Assembly (NCBI GenBank): GCA_016192545.1
Contig: JACPTX010000028.1
Coordinates: forward strand, 8,686 to 72,685
Reading direction: 5' to 3'
DNA: 64,000 bases
DNA from: Candidatus Omnitrophota bacterium
GTDB taxonomy: Bacteria; Omnitrophota; Gorgyraeia; Aquiviventales; Aquiviventaceae
Positions 17,195 through 26,283 of this stretch are shown here, piece by piece. The position numbers and the translations under genes are program-made. How positions within the stretch are numbered: the stretch's first letter is position 1; each line of letters opens with the position of its first letter. The notes under the pieces were generated by a model. It saw only the letters and a list, made by a program, of their open reading frames with translations. It had not been told where the DNA came from and ran no database searches.

Positions 17195-18728
17195 CGTCAA
17201 GCGCGCGCTGCTGAGCTGCCACGATAAGGCCGGCCTGGACGTCTTCGCCAGGGGCCTGGCGGAGCTGGGGGTGGAGCTGGTGGCCTCGGGCGGGACCGCG
17301 GCGTTTTTGAAAGACCGCGGCCTGCGGGTCACGAGCGTCGAGGACTTCGCCGGCATCACCGAGCAGCTCGACGGGCGCGTCAAGACCTTGCATCCGAAGA
17401 TCCACGCCGGGATCCTGGCGCGCCGCGACGACCCCGCCCACGTGCAGGCCGTGGGGGCGGGCGGCCTGATTGACCTGGTGGTCGTCAACCTCTATCCGTT
17501 TGAAGCCACCAGCCGGAAATCCGGGGTGTCGCTCGCCGAGGCGGTCGAGCAGATTGACATCGGCGGCGTGGCGCTCCTCCGGGCGGCGGCGAAGAACTTT
17601 ACCGGGGTCGCGGTGGTGAGCGCGCCGCAGCAATACCTGCCGGTGCTGGACGCGCTGACACGCGGCAAGGGGGCGCTGCCGGATGCGCTGAGCCGGTCGC
17701 TGGCCACGGAGGCATTCCGCCTGACCAGCGCGTACGATCAGCTGATTGCCGGCTACCTGGCTCCGCGCGAGCCGGCCCCGTCATCCGAGCTGGTCACCGT
17801 GCAGGCGCGTCTGCGCCAGACCTTGCGCTACGGGGAGAATCCGCACCAGCGGGCCGGCTGGTATGTCCCGCCACCAGCGGAATCCGCTGGTGGGCTGGCA
17901 GGGCTTATCCAGCTGCAGGGTAAGGAGCTGACCTACAACAATCTGCTCGATCTGGACGCGGCGGTGCGGTGCCTGGCGGAGTTTGAGCGGCCGACCTGCG
18001 TCATCGTCAAGCACGCCTCGCCCTGCGGGATCGCCAGCGCCGCGAGCGCCGCCGAGGCGTACCAGCGCGCGCATGAGGCGGATACCGAGTCGGCGTTCGG
18101 GGGCATCGTCGCGCTCAACCGGCCGCTGGACATCCGGAGTGCCGAGCAGATGAGCCGGGTGTTTTTGGAGGTCATCATCGCCCCGAGCGTGGAGCCGCCG
18201 GCCAGGCAGGCCTTCGCCAAGAAACCGAACCTGAGGCTGCTGGAATGGCCGGCGGGAGAGGCGGCGGCAGGCTCGATGGAATGGCGGACCATCCTCGGCG
18301 GATGGCTGGCGCAGGAACCGGACCGCGCGGCGCTGGATGACTCGCTGCTGCGCGTCGTGACCACGCGGCAGCCGACCGAGGCCGAGCGCCGCGACCTGCG
18401 GTTCGCGTGGCTGTGCGCCAAACACGTGAAGTCCAACGCGATTGTGCTGGCGAAGGATGAAGCCACGGTCGGCATCGGGCAAGGACAGCCCAGCCGGCTG
18501 CGGGCGGTCCGGCTGGCGATTCAGAACGCCGGGGGCAGGGGCCGGGGGGCGGTGCTCGCCTCGGACGGATTCTTTCCGTTCCCCGATAATGTGGAGGCGG
18601 CGGCGCAGGCCGGTGTCGCCGCGCTCATTCAGCCCGGCGGGTCGGTGAAAGATGCGGACGTGACCGCCGCGGCGGACCGAGCGGGACTGGCAATGCTGTT
18701 CACGGGCCTGCGGCACTTTAAACATTGA
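17181..18728 (+). CDS. purH: Bifunctional AICAR transformylase / IMP cyclohydrolase
   Basis: GRVKTLHP, IDIGG..LLRAAAKN, LRYGENPHQ, KHVKSNAI, ASDGFFPF, RHFKH. Confidence 0.95.
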   Translation: MAAVNVKRALLSCHDKAGLDVFARGLAELGVELVASGGTAAFLKDRGLRVTSVEDFAGITEQLDGRVKTLHPKIHAGILARRDDPAHVQAVGAGGLIDLVVVNLYPFEATSRKSGVSLAEAVEQIDIGGVALLRAAAKNFTGVAVVSAPQQYLPVLDALTRGKGALPDALSRSLATEAFRLTSAYDQLIAGYLAPREPAPSSELVTVQARLRQTLRYGENPHQRAGWYVPPPAESAGGLAGLIQLQGKELTYNNLLDLDAAVRCLAEFERPTCVIVKHASPCGIASAASAAEAYQRAHEADTESAFGGIVALNRPLDIRSAEQMSRVFLEVIIAPSVEPPARQAFAKKPNLRLLEWPAGEAAAGSMEWRTILGGWLAQEPDRAALDDSLLRVVTTRQPTEAERRDLRFAWLCAKHVKSNAIVLAKDEATVGIGQGQPSRLRAVRLAIQNAGGRGRGAVLASDGFFPFPDNVEAAAQAGVAALIQPGGSVKDADVTAAADRAGLAMLFTGLRHFKH

Positions 18729-18733
18729 GTTAG

Positions 18734-19264
18734 ATGGACATTGACGCGTTGTGGCAGAAGGCGCTGAAGCAGACCGAGATTATCCGGACGCGCGCGCTGG
18801 ACCTGAGCGCCGTGGAGGCGACCGCGCTGCCGTATGTCTTTCTGGCGGAATCGTCGCTGAACCAGGGCGACACCGTCGTGCGCAGGGGCCACGTCCTCAT
18901 CGAGCGGCCCGCGCTGATCCTGCCCAGCGCGCAGCTGGAGGGGTTTGAGTTCGGGAAGGACTACCGCGTGAGCGAGGACGCGGTGCTGAATTTCCTCCTC
19001 GTGCGGGGCATCCGCTTCCCCTCGATGCGCTACCGCCACGAGCTGTCGTCGCTCGACCTGCGGGAGGGCCCGCTCACCCAGGCGATCGAGCATTTCACGG
19101 AGCGGCTGAAGCAGGGCGAGGACCTGAAGACCGGGCTGGTCGTCGGGCCGGAGGATGCGTGGCAGTTTTCCGTGCTCATCCTCGTCGGGGCCCTGGCGGT
19201 CCGGTCGGCCGAGGGCGACCTGCGGCGGCTCCTGGACGAATGGCACCGGCGCAAACCGTCATGA
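18734..19264 (+). CDS. Hypothetical protein within the folate/purine operon
   Basis: Tightly packed between purH and folC (ATGA overlap); typical codon usage. Confidence 0.75.
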   Translation: MDIDALWQKALKQTEIIRTRALDLSAVEATALPYVFLAESSLNQGDTVVRRGHVLIERPALILPSAQLEGFEFGKDYRVSEDAVLNFLLVRGIRFPSMRYRHELSSLDLREGPLTQAIEHFTERLKQGEDLKTGLVVGPEDAWQFSVLILVGALAVRSAEGDLRRLLDEWHRRKPS

Positions 19265-20637
19265 CGTACGACGACGCGCTCCGCTTCCTCGACTCCTTGA
19301 CGAATTACGAGCGGACGCACGATCCGCAGGCGATGCGGCAGGTCAGCCTGGAGCGGATGCGGCGTCTCTGCGGCCGGCTGGGCGATCCGCAGCAGCGATT
19401 CCGCTCGATCCTCGTCGCCGGCACCAACGGCAAGGGCTCGATCTGCGCGATGCTCGACGCGATCCTGCGGGCGGCGGGCTTCCGGGTCGGCTTGTACACC
19501 TCGCCTCATCTGACCGATCCCCGCGAGCGCATCCGCGTCAGCGAGGGCGGGACGGGAGGGGAGGCCGGGTGGATCAGCCAGGAGGCGTTTGCCGCGGTCA
19601 TCGGGCGCCTGCAGCCCGCCATCGAGTCGGGCCGCAGCGACCCGGACGGCCCGCTGACGTACTTCGAGACGCTCACCGCGGCCGCCTGGCTGCACTTCGC
19701 GCAGCAGGGGGTGCACCTGGCGGTGCTCGAAGTGGGATTGGGCGGGCGGTGTGACGCGACGAACGTCGCCGAGCCGGCCGTGTCCGTGATCGGTCCGATC
19801 GGATTCGACCATGCCGACGTGCTCGGCCCGGATCTCCTGTCCATTGCCCGCGAGAAAGCCGCCATCATGCGGCCGGGCCGGCCGGTGGTCTCCGCCCAGC
19901 AGCCGCCGGAAGTCGCCGCGCTGCTGCGGGAGCTGGCGGCGCAGCACGAATCACCGCTGATCGAATACGGTCAGGCCGTTTCCGCGGACGTCATCACGCA
20001 CGATCCGCTCGGCGGGGTGTGTGTGTCCGTCCAGGGGACCCGCAGCCGCTATGAGGCCTTGCAGATTCCGCTGCTGGGCCGGCACCAGGCGCAGAACGCG
20101 GCCCTGGCGATTGCCGCGGTCGAATGGCTGTCCCGCGAGGGCAGCCCCTTTGCCGCGATCCGGGCGGGGCTGGGTCAGGTGTCCTGGCCCGGCCGTCTGG
20201 AGCTCGTCTGGGACAGCCCGCTGGTGCTGCTCGACGGCGCGCACAATCCCCCGGCGGCCCGCGCGCTGCGCGAGACGCTGGACGAGTTCTGGCCGGACCG
20301 CCCCGTGTCGCTGCTGCTGGGGATGTCCAGGGACAAGGCGGTGCGTGAGGTCGGCGAGATCCTGGCGGGCCGGGCGGAGACCATCGTCTGCACGCAGAGC
20401 GCCCATCCGCGGGCGTGCAATCCGAAACGCCTGGCGGCGCAGCTCAAGGGCCTGCCGTCCACGGTCGTGGCGATTCCTGACGCGGTGGATGCCTGCACGT
20501 ATCTGCTGAACACCGCCGACCCGGCCCGGCTGATCGTGGTCACCGGCTCGCTGTTTCTCGTGGGGCAGCTGCGGGCCGCCCTGAAGCGGGCCGAAGCGCA
20601 GCACGGCGTCATCGTCGCCGGACTCTCGCAGTCGTAA
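19261..20637 (+). CDS. folC: Dihydrofolate synthase / folylpolyglutamate synthase
   Basis: VAGTNGKGS, YTSPHL...RERI, LEVGLGGR.DATN, WPGRLE, LDGAHNP, VTGSLFLVG. Confidence 0.93.
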   Translation: MTYDDALRFLDSLTNYERTHDPQAMRQVSLERMRRLCGRLGDPQQRFRSILVAGTNGKGSICAMLDAILRAAGFRVGLYTSPHLTDPRERIRVSEGGTGGEAGWISQEAFAAVIGRLQPAIESGRSDPDGPLTYFETLTAAAWLHFAQQGVHLAVLEVGLGGRCDATNVAEPAVSVIGPIGFDHADVLGPDLLSIAREKAAIMRPGRPVVSAQQPPEVAALLRELAAQHESPLIEYGQAVSADVITHDPLGGVCVSVQGTRSRYEALQIPLLGRHQAQNAALAIAAVEWLSREGSPFAAIRAGLGQVSWPGRLELVWDSPLVLLDGAHNPPAARALRETLDEFWPDRPVSLLLGMSRDKAVREVGEILAGRAETIVCTQSAHPRACNPKRLAAQLKGLPSTVVAIPDAVDACTYLLNTADPARLIVVTGSLFLVGQLRAALKRAEAQHGVIVAGLSQS

Positions 20638-20652
20638 ACGGGAGGAGGCGTT

Positions 20653-20838
20653 ATGCCGGTCATCACCATCGAGTGGCTCGAGGGGCGCAGCGCCCGGCAG
20701 AAGGCGCAGCTGGCGCGCGCGATCACGGAGGCGTTCGTCGAGGCCGCCAAGGTCTCGCCCGAGCAGGTGTGGATCGTGTTCCGGGACGTGGCCCGCGCGG
20801 ACTGGGCCATGGGTGGGAAACTCCTCAGCGACCGCTAG
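20653..20838 (+). CDS. 4-oxalocrotonate tautomerase family protein
   Basis: N-terminal MP, EGRS..QK, W..GG; GGAGG RBS. Confidence 0.9.
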   Translation: MPVITIEWLEGRSARQKAQLARAITEAFVEAAKVSPEQVWIVFRDVARADWAMGGKLLSDR

Positions 20839-21662
20839 TCCGGCGCGTTCAGATAGTCGGTGTAGTCCGCGACGCCGAAGAGCTCTTCCTTGATCGCGCG
20901 GATGCGCTCCGGCACGAAGGGGTGGGTCATCCCGTACTGCGGCCGCACGACGCCGCGCGGCAGATACCGCAGGCGGTCGTGCTCCCACTCCTGCAGGTGC
21001 TCCAGAAACGTGAGCGCGGCCGCCGGGTCGAATCCCGCCGCCTTCAGATACCGCACCGCCAGGCGGTCCGCCTCCAATTCATCCTGCCTCGCGTAGGCCA
21101 ACTGCGCCGCCTGTATCGCCACCCCCACACCCCGCGCGGCCTTCGCCTCGCGGCCCGCGGCCAGCGACGCCAACTGGATGAGCTGCAGCCCCAGGTTCGT
21201 TTCGAAGCGCTTGACCGAGTGGCGCGCCGCGATGTGGGCGATTTCATGCGCCAGGACCGAGGCCAGCTCGTCGTCGCGCTCCGCCTTCTTCACCAGCCCT
21301 GAGTTGACGAAGACGTACCCCCCGGGCAGGGAAAAGGCGTTGACCTCCTTGTCCTCCACCACCGCGAAGCTGTAGATGAGCTCCTTGCGGTCGCACACCG
21401 CCGCCAGCCGGTCGCCGATGCCGCGGACCCGCGCCTGCATCGGCTCATCCGCGATAAGGGTGAGCTCCGCCTCGACCTGCCGGGCGAGCTTCCGGCCCAC
21501 CTCGACCTCCTTCTCGGTGGACGTGATCGAATATTCCTGGCGCTGGGTGGCGAGGCCGTAGCTGGTGGACACGCAGCCGGGCGCAGTGAGGGCCGCGAGG
21601 AGCGTAATGCGGAGCGCGAGCGGGGCGTTACAGTTGCACGCCGGATTGGCGGAGAATCGCAT
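20835..21662 (-). CDS. M48-family zinc metalloprotease lipoprotein (BepA/LoiP-like)
   Basis: APGC lipobox, VNAFSLPGG, HEIAH, ELEAD, THP; start uncertain. Confidence 0.85.
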   Translation of the reverse strand: MRFSANPACNCNAPLALRITLLAALTAPGCVSTSYGLATQRQEYSITSTEKEVEVGRKLARQVEAELTLIADEPMQARVRGIGDRLAAVCDRKELIYSFAVVEDKEVNAFSLPGGYVFVNSGLVKKAERDDELASVLAHEIAHIAARHSVKRFETNLGLQLIQLASLAAGREAKAARGVGVAIQAAQLAYARQDELEADRLAVRYLKAAGFDPAAALTFLEHLQEWEHDRLRYLPRGVVRPQYGMTHPFVPERIRAIKEELFGVADYTDYLNAPD

Positions 21663-22107
21663 CCAGTTCCGGCATCTGCTGGAGCAAGCGGTTGATGAGG
21701 TAGGGCGTCGCCAGGAAGAGCAGCACCGCCCCCAGCACCACGGTCGTCCACGTCCAGCGGGCCGCGGCGGAAAAATGCGGGCTGCGCCACAGGAGGGGCA
21801 GCGCCACCGGGCCGAGCAGCAGCAGCATGGCGACGACGTAGGGCCGCCGGTAGTACCAATCCAGCGGCCGGCCGCTCATCTGCGCGGTCTTGTAGGCATC
21901 GACGATCGCCGAGGTCCACACGACGAACAACGCCAGCGCCGCCGTGACGCGCGAAATCCCCGCCAGCCAGGTGGTGGCCAGGACCAGCGCCAGGCAGGCC
22001 CCGCACAGCACCCAGGCTTTCGCGCGCTGCCCGTTGTAGAGCTGGCCCAGGCCCGGGGCAAGGGAAAGCCCTGCGGCCACCCACGGGTTCTTCGTCGAGG
22101 TCGTCAT
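21628..22107 (-). CDS. Membrane protein (TM2/DUF5683-like N-terminus)
   Basis: KNPWVAAGLSL.PGLGQLYNGQ motif, several TM segments. Confidence 0.7.
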   Translation of the reverse strand: MTTSTKNPWVAAGLSLAPGLGQLYNGQRAKAWVLCGACLALVLATTWLAGISRVTAALALFVVWTSAIVDAYKTAQMSGRPLDWYYRRPYVVAMLLLLGPVALPLLWRSPHFSAAARWTWTTVVLGAVLLFLATPYLINRLLQQMPELDAILRQSGVQL

Positions 22108-22232
22108 CTTCACGGTTGCTTCCGAGGCGCGTGGGACTGTTGAGGGAGCTTGCGTTTCCACGACGCTGGGGTTATGATAGGTGCTTCTGAACTTAACACA
22201 GCCAACCGCACACGGTCAAGGAGATTCCCGCA

Positions 22233-22835
22233 ATGCATCCATCGCGACCTGTTGTTGTTTGGTGGCTTGCCGGCGGGCTGGTGGTCAGCAGCGCCCTGGC
22301 AGCCAAGTTCGTGTTCGACAAGCGCCGGCTGGCGACCGCCTATGAGCAGGCCAAGGTCTCCCTGGCCCAGCTGGAGCGGGAACGGACCCACCTCAGCCAG
22401 GAGCTCGCTCAGGCCAAGGAGACGATGACGGACCAGGCGGAGGAGATCGGCAGCCTCGAGCAGGAACTGAACAACCTGCAAAGCCGCTTCGATCTCGCCG
22501 AACAGGAGGTCTGGCGCCTGCAGACCGAGCAATTGGCGCTCCGCGAGGCGAATGACGGCATCAGCCGGCGGCTGGCGGCGGCCGTCCAGGACAAGCAGGC
22601 GCTGGAAGCCCGCTTGTCCTCGCTGAAAGAGCTCAAGCTGGCCATGCAGGCCGTCCGGCGCAAGCTGCGCGATGAGCGCTGGCAGGCGTGGCTCGCGCGC
22701 ATCCGCGTGCAGAGAGTTCACGACCAGCAGCAGCTGGCCAACGGCAACCGGGGGTACGTGGTCCGCAACGGCGTGCCGACCCTCGGCGAGCCGACCCGGC
22801 TCCAGGTGCGCGTGCTTGACCCTCAAACGCCCTGA
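22233..22835 (+). CDS. Membrane-anchored coiled-coil hypothetical protein
   Basis: N-terminal TM, long heptad repeats. Confidence 0.7.
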   Translation: MHPSRPVVVWWLAGGLVVSSALAAKFVFDKRRLATAYEQAKVSLAQLERERTHLSQELAQAKETMTDQAEEIGSLEQELNNLQSRFDLAEQEVWRLQTEQLALREANDGISRRLAAAVQDKQALEARLSSLKELKLAMQAVRRKLRDERWQAWLARIRVQRVHDQQQLANGNRGYVVRNGVPTLGEPTRLQVRVLDPQTP

Positions 22836-22850
22836 GCAGCGAACACCTTC

Positions 22851-23303
22851 ATGACGGCCCTCACGGCCTGGTGGCAGAACCAGGTGTTCTGGACGTGGTT
22901 TGTGGCCTGTATTATCGCCCAGGTGACGAAAATCGCGCTGGGAGCCGTTCGCCAACGCCGCTTTGACTTCCGCTGGCTCGTCGGGACCGGCGGCATGCCC
23001 AGCACCCACGCCGCCGGCGTTGCCGCCCTCAGCACCGCCATCGGCCTGCATGTGGGGTTTGACACCCCCCTCTTCGCCATCGCCGTCGTCTTCACGGTGA
23101 TCACCCTCTTCGATGCGCAAGGGGTGCGCCGCTGGAGCGGCAAGCAGGCGCAGATCCTCAACAAGATGCTCGAGGATATTTACTTCAAGCGGCGGATTCA
23201 GGACGAACGCGTCAAAGAGCTCCTCGGCCATACCCCCACCGAGGTGCTGGCGGGAATGGGGATGGGGATCGTCACGGCGTTGGCCATGCACGCGAGCGGG
23301 TGA
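22851..23303 (+). CDS. Divergent PAP2 (DUF212) family protein
   Basis: AQ..K, TGGMPS.H.A, DAQGVR, KELLGHTP.EV. Confidence 0.9.
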   Translation: MTALTAWWQNQVFWTWFVACIIAQVTKIALGAVRQRRFDFRWLVGTGGMPSTHAAGVAALSTAIGLHVGFDTPLFAIAVVFTVITLFDAQGVRRWSGKQAQILNKMLEDIYFKRRIQDERVKELLGHTPTEVLAGMGMGIVTALAMHASG

Positions 23304-23312
23304 GGAGTCGAG

Positions 23313-24221
23313 ATGCGTCGGCAGGGATGGATCGGGTTGCTTGTCGGGGTGGGGATCGTCATCGGGGCAGGCTGTTTGGTCTGGGCCGCATCGCAGGGAT
23401 GGATCGGCGGCACGGCACGGCGCCTCCTGACCACGGCTCAACGCGCCGCCGAGCGCGGGGATGTCGGCGCGGCGCAGGCGAATCTCGAAGAGCTCATCGG
23501 CACGCAGCCGGATTCGCCGCTCGTGGATGACGCGCTGCTGACCCTGGCGCAGGTCTACGAGCAGCAGCAGCAGCTCGTCGAGGCGCGGGCGACCTACCAG
23601 CTCTTGCTGCAGCAGTTCCCCAGCTCGCCGCTGTCGGCCCACAGCCAATCGCGTCTGGGGGTGCTCAATGTCGCCCTCCTGTTTTCCCCCGCCGTCACCG
23701 ACCTCGACGCCACGTATGAGGTCAAGACCGGGGACACCCTGGGCAAAATCGCCTCGGCCCATCACACCACCGTGGAGCTGATCAAGAAGGCCAACGGGCT
23801 GAAGGGCGATGTGATTCACCCCCGGCAGGCGCTCAAGGTTCCCAAGGGGCCGTTCCGCATCGTCGTGGATAAATCGCAGAACGAGCTCCTCCTGACGGCG
23901 GGCAACCAGTTTTTCAAGCTCTACCCGGTGGCGACCGGCAAGGACGACTCGACTCCGGCCGGCACCTTCAAGATTGTCAACAAAATCCCCAATCCCGTCT
24001 GGTACCGCCAGGGCGCGGTGGTCCCGCCCGACAGCCCCGAGAACATCCTCGGCACGCGCTGGCTGGGGCTGGACAAGCAGGGCTACGGCATTCACGGCTC
24101 GATTGACCCAACGGCCGTCGGACAGTCCGTCACCGCGGGCTGCGTGCGGATGACCAACGCGGACGTGGAAGAGCTATTCGCCATCGTGCCGACGGGGACC
24201 GAAGTCGCCATCGTCGATTAG
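23313..24221 (+). CDS. L,D-transpeptidase with TPR and LysM domains
   Basis: YEVKTGDTLGKIA (LysM), GYGIHGS...VTAGCVRM (YkuD). Confidence 0.9.
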   Translation: MRRQGWIGLLVGVGIVIGAGCLVWAASQGWIGGTARRLLTTAQRAAERGDVGAAQANLEELIGTQPDSPLVDDALLTLAQVYEQQQQLVEARATYQLLLQQFPSSPLSAHSQSRLGVLNVALLFSPAVTDLDATYEVKTGDTLGKIASAHHTTVELIKKANGLKGDVIHPRQALKVPKGPFRIVVDKSQNELLLTAGNQFFKLYPVATGKDDSTPAGTFKIVNKIPNPVWYRQGAVVPPDSPENILGTRWLGLDKQGYGIHGSIDPTAVGQSVTAGCVRMTNADVEELFAIVPTGTEVAIVD

Positions 24222-24252
24222 TGCATCCTTCCGGTCCCCTCCGGACCGCGCC

Positions 24253-25242
24253 ATGAGCATTGACGGGTTCTACCGGTACGAATTCGAAAAGCCCATCGCG
24301 GAGCTGGAGCGCCGCCTGCAGGAGCTGCGCAAGGGCGGCGAGCGCAAGGCCGATCCGGCCGCCACCCGTACGCTCGAGGCGCAGCTCGAGCAGCTCAAGC
24401 GCAAGGTCTACGGCAACCTCACCGCCTGGCAGCGCGTCCAGCTGGCCCGCCACCCGCTGCGGCCCTATACCCTCGATTACGTCCAGCGCCTGATGACCGA
24501 CTTCGTGGAGCTCCACGGGGACCGGCTCTACGGCGATGACAAGGCGATGGTCGGGGGGGTGGCCCGCCTGGAGGGTCGGGCCTGCTTCGTCATCGGCCAC
24601 CAGAAGGGGCGGGAGACGCGGGAGAATCTCATCCGGAATTTCGGGATGGCGCACCCCGAGGGCTACCGCAAGGCCCTGCGGTTCATGCGCCTGGCGGAAA
24701 AATTCCGCCTGCCCGTGGTCATCTGCATCGATACGCCCGGCGCGTATCCGGGCATCGGCGCCGAGGAGCGGGGGCAGGCGCATTCCATCGCCCACAACAT
24801 GCGCGAGATGGCCCGCATCAAGAGCCCGATCTATCTGTGCGTGATCGGCGAGGGCGGCTCGGGCGGGGCGCTGGGCGTCGGGGTCGGCGACTGGGTGGCG
24901 ATGCTGGAAAACGCCTACTACTCGGTGATCTCGCCGGAGGGCTGCGCCTCGATCCTGTGGCGCGACCGGGCCCGGGCGCCGGAGGCGGCGGAAGCGCTGA
25001 AGATGACGGCCCGGGACCTGCTGAGCTTGGGGCTGGTGGATGAGATCCTGCGGGAGCCGCCGGGCGGGGCGCATCACGACCCGGCGGTGGTCGCGCAGCA
25101 AGTCAAGGAATCGATCCTGCGGTTCTGGAAGTCCGTCGAGGGGCTCTCGACGGAGGAGCTGCTCAAGCGCCGCTACGAGCGGTTCAGACGCATCGGCATC
25201 TACACGACCGCCGACCTGTCCCCGTTCCCACCCCCCGCCTAA
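24253..25242 (+). CDS. accA: Acetyl-CoA carboxylase carboxyltransferase alpha subunit
   Basis: LARHP.RP, ELHGDR, NFGM..PEGYRKA, DTPGAYPG, GEGGSGGAL, VISPEGCA. Confidence 0.97.
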   Translation: MSIDGFYRYEFEKPIAELERRLQELRKGGERKADPAATRTLEAQLEQLKRKVYGNLTAWQRVQLARHPLRPYTLDYVQRLMTDFVELHGDRLYGDDKAMVGGVARLEGRACFVIGHQKGRETRENLIRNFGMAHPEGYRKALRFMRLAEKFRLPVVICIDTPGAYPGIGAEERGQAHSIAHNMREMARIKSPIYLCVIGEGGSGGALGVGVGDWVAMLENAYYSVISPEGCASILWRDRARAPEAAEALKMTARDLLSLGLVDEILREPPGGAHHDPAVVAQQVKESILRFWKSVEGLSTEELLKRRYERFRRIGIYTTADLSPFPPPA

Positions 25243-25250
25243 AGCCAGCT

Positions 25251-25326
25251 CTCGAAATTTGAGATTTGAAATTAGACCGCATTTGAAATGTTTACCGTCC
25301 ACTTTCTCATCTCACATTTCAAATGC
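25251..25326. repeat. AT-rich heptamer/inverted repeat between convergent accA and tRNA-Leu
   Basis: tttgaga-tttgaaa units; gcatttgaaatg ... catttcaaatgc. Confidence 0.7.
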
Positions 25327-25329
25327 TCT

Positions 25330-25356
25330 GCGATTTTCGCCAGAGGCGAAAATCGC
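25330..25356 (-). terminator. Hairpin abutting the tRNA-Leu 3' end
   Basis: gcgattttcgcc-aga-ggcgaaaatcgc perfect stem. Confidence 0.6.
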
Positions 25357-25440
25357 TGCCGGGGGTGGGAATCGAACCCACATGACCTTTCGGTCACGGG
25401 TTTTTGAGACCCGCGCGTATACCGGTTCCGCCACCCCGGC
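25357..25440 (-). tRNA. tRNA-Leu(CAA)
   Basis: GCCGGGG acceptor stem, CGGGT-CT-CAA-AA-ACCCG anticodon arm, long variable arm, GGTTCGATTCC T-arm; CCA not encoded. Confidence 0.95.
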
Positions 25441-25506
25441 GTACAATGCCGGTGTCTGGCTCCCCGCTGGCGGTGACCCTGGGCGGGGTGCCTGACACCG
25501 GAAGGA

Positions 25507-26259
25507 TCATCGTTTTTCAAGAAACGGCTTGATGAGGTCGATGGGGATGGGGAAGATGGTCGTCGAGTTCTTTTCGGTGGCGATTTCCGCCAGGGTCTGC
25601 AGGTAGCGCATCTGCAGGGCCATCGGCTGCTCGCTCATGATTCGAGCGGCCTCCACCAGTTTTTGGGCAGCCTGGAACTCCCCATCGGCCCCGATGATCT
25701 TCGCCCGCTTGACCCGCTCCGCCTCAGCTTGGCTTGCCATCACCCGCCGCATCTCTTCCGGCAGGTCCACGTGCTTGATTTCCACCGCCGAGACCTTCAC
25801 GCCCCACGGATCGGTCTGTTTATCGATAATGGCCTGGAGCCGTTGGTTGAGCGTCTCGCGATGGGCGAGCAGCTCGTCGAGCTCGACCTGCCCCAGCACG
25901 CTGCGCAGCGTGGTCTGGGCCATCTGCGAGGTCGCGAACAGGTAGTCCTCCACCTCGACGACGGCCTTGTTGGGCTCGAGGACCCGGAAATAGATGACCG
26001 CGTTCACCTTGATGGACACGTTGTCTTTCGTGATGACGTCCTGCGGCGGCACGTCCAGCGCGACCGTGCGCAGGCTGATGCGCAGGAGCCGGTCGATGGG
26101 CCAGATGATGAACACCAGGCCCGGCCCCATCGGCTTCGGGGTCAGGCGGCCGAGGCGGAACACCACGCCCCGCTCGTATTCCCGCAGGATCTTGACGCAG
26201 TTGACGATGTACAGCACGACGAGCACGACCGGCAAGCTCACTCCCCCGAAGAACGGCAT
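25507..26259 (-). CDS. SPFH/stomatin (slipin) family protein
   Basis: [42 protein letters not shown]. Confidence 0.93.
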   Translation of the reverse strand: MPFFGGVSLPVVLVVLYIVNCVKILREYERGVVFRLGRLTPKPMGPGLVFIIWPIDRLLRISLRTVALDVPPQDVITKDNVSIKVNAVIYFRVLEPNKAVVEVEDYLFATSQMAQTTLRSVLGQVELDELLAHRETLNQRLQAIIDKQTDPWGVKVSAVEIKHVDLPEEMRRVMASQAEAERVKRAKIIGADGEFQAAQKLVEAARIMSEQPMALQMRYLQTLAEIATEKNSTTIFPIPIDLIKPFLEKR

Positions 26260-26283
26260 CGCTGACCTCCGCGTTTCCTGTGG

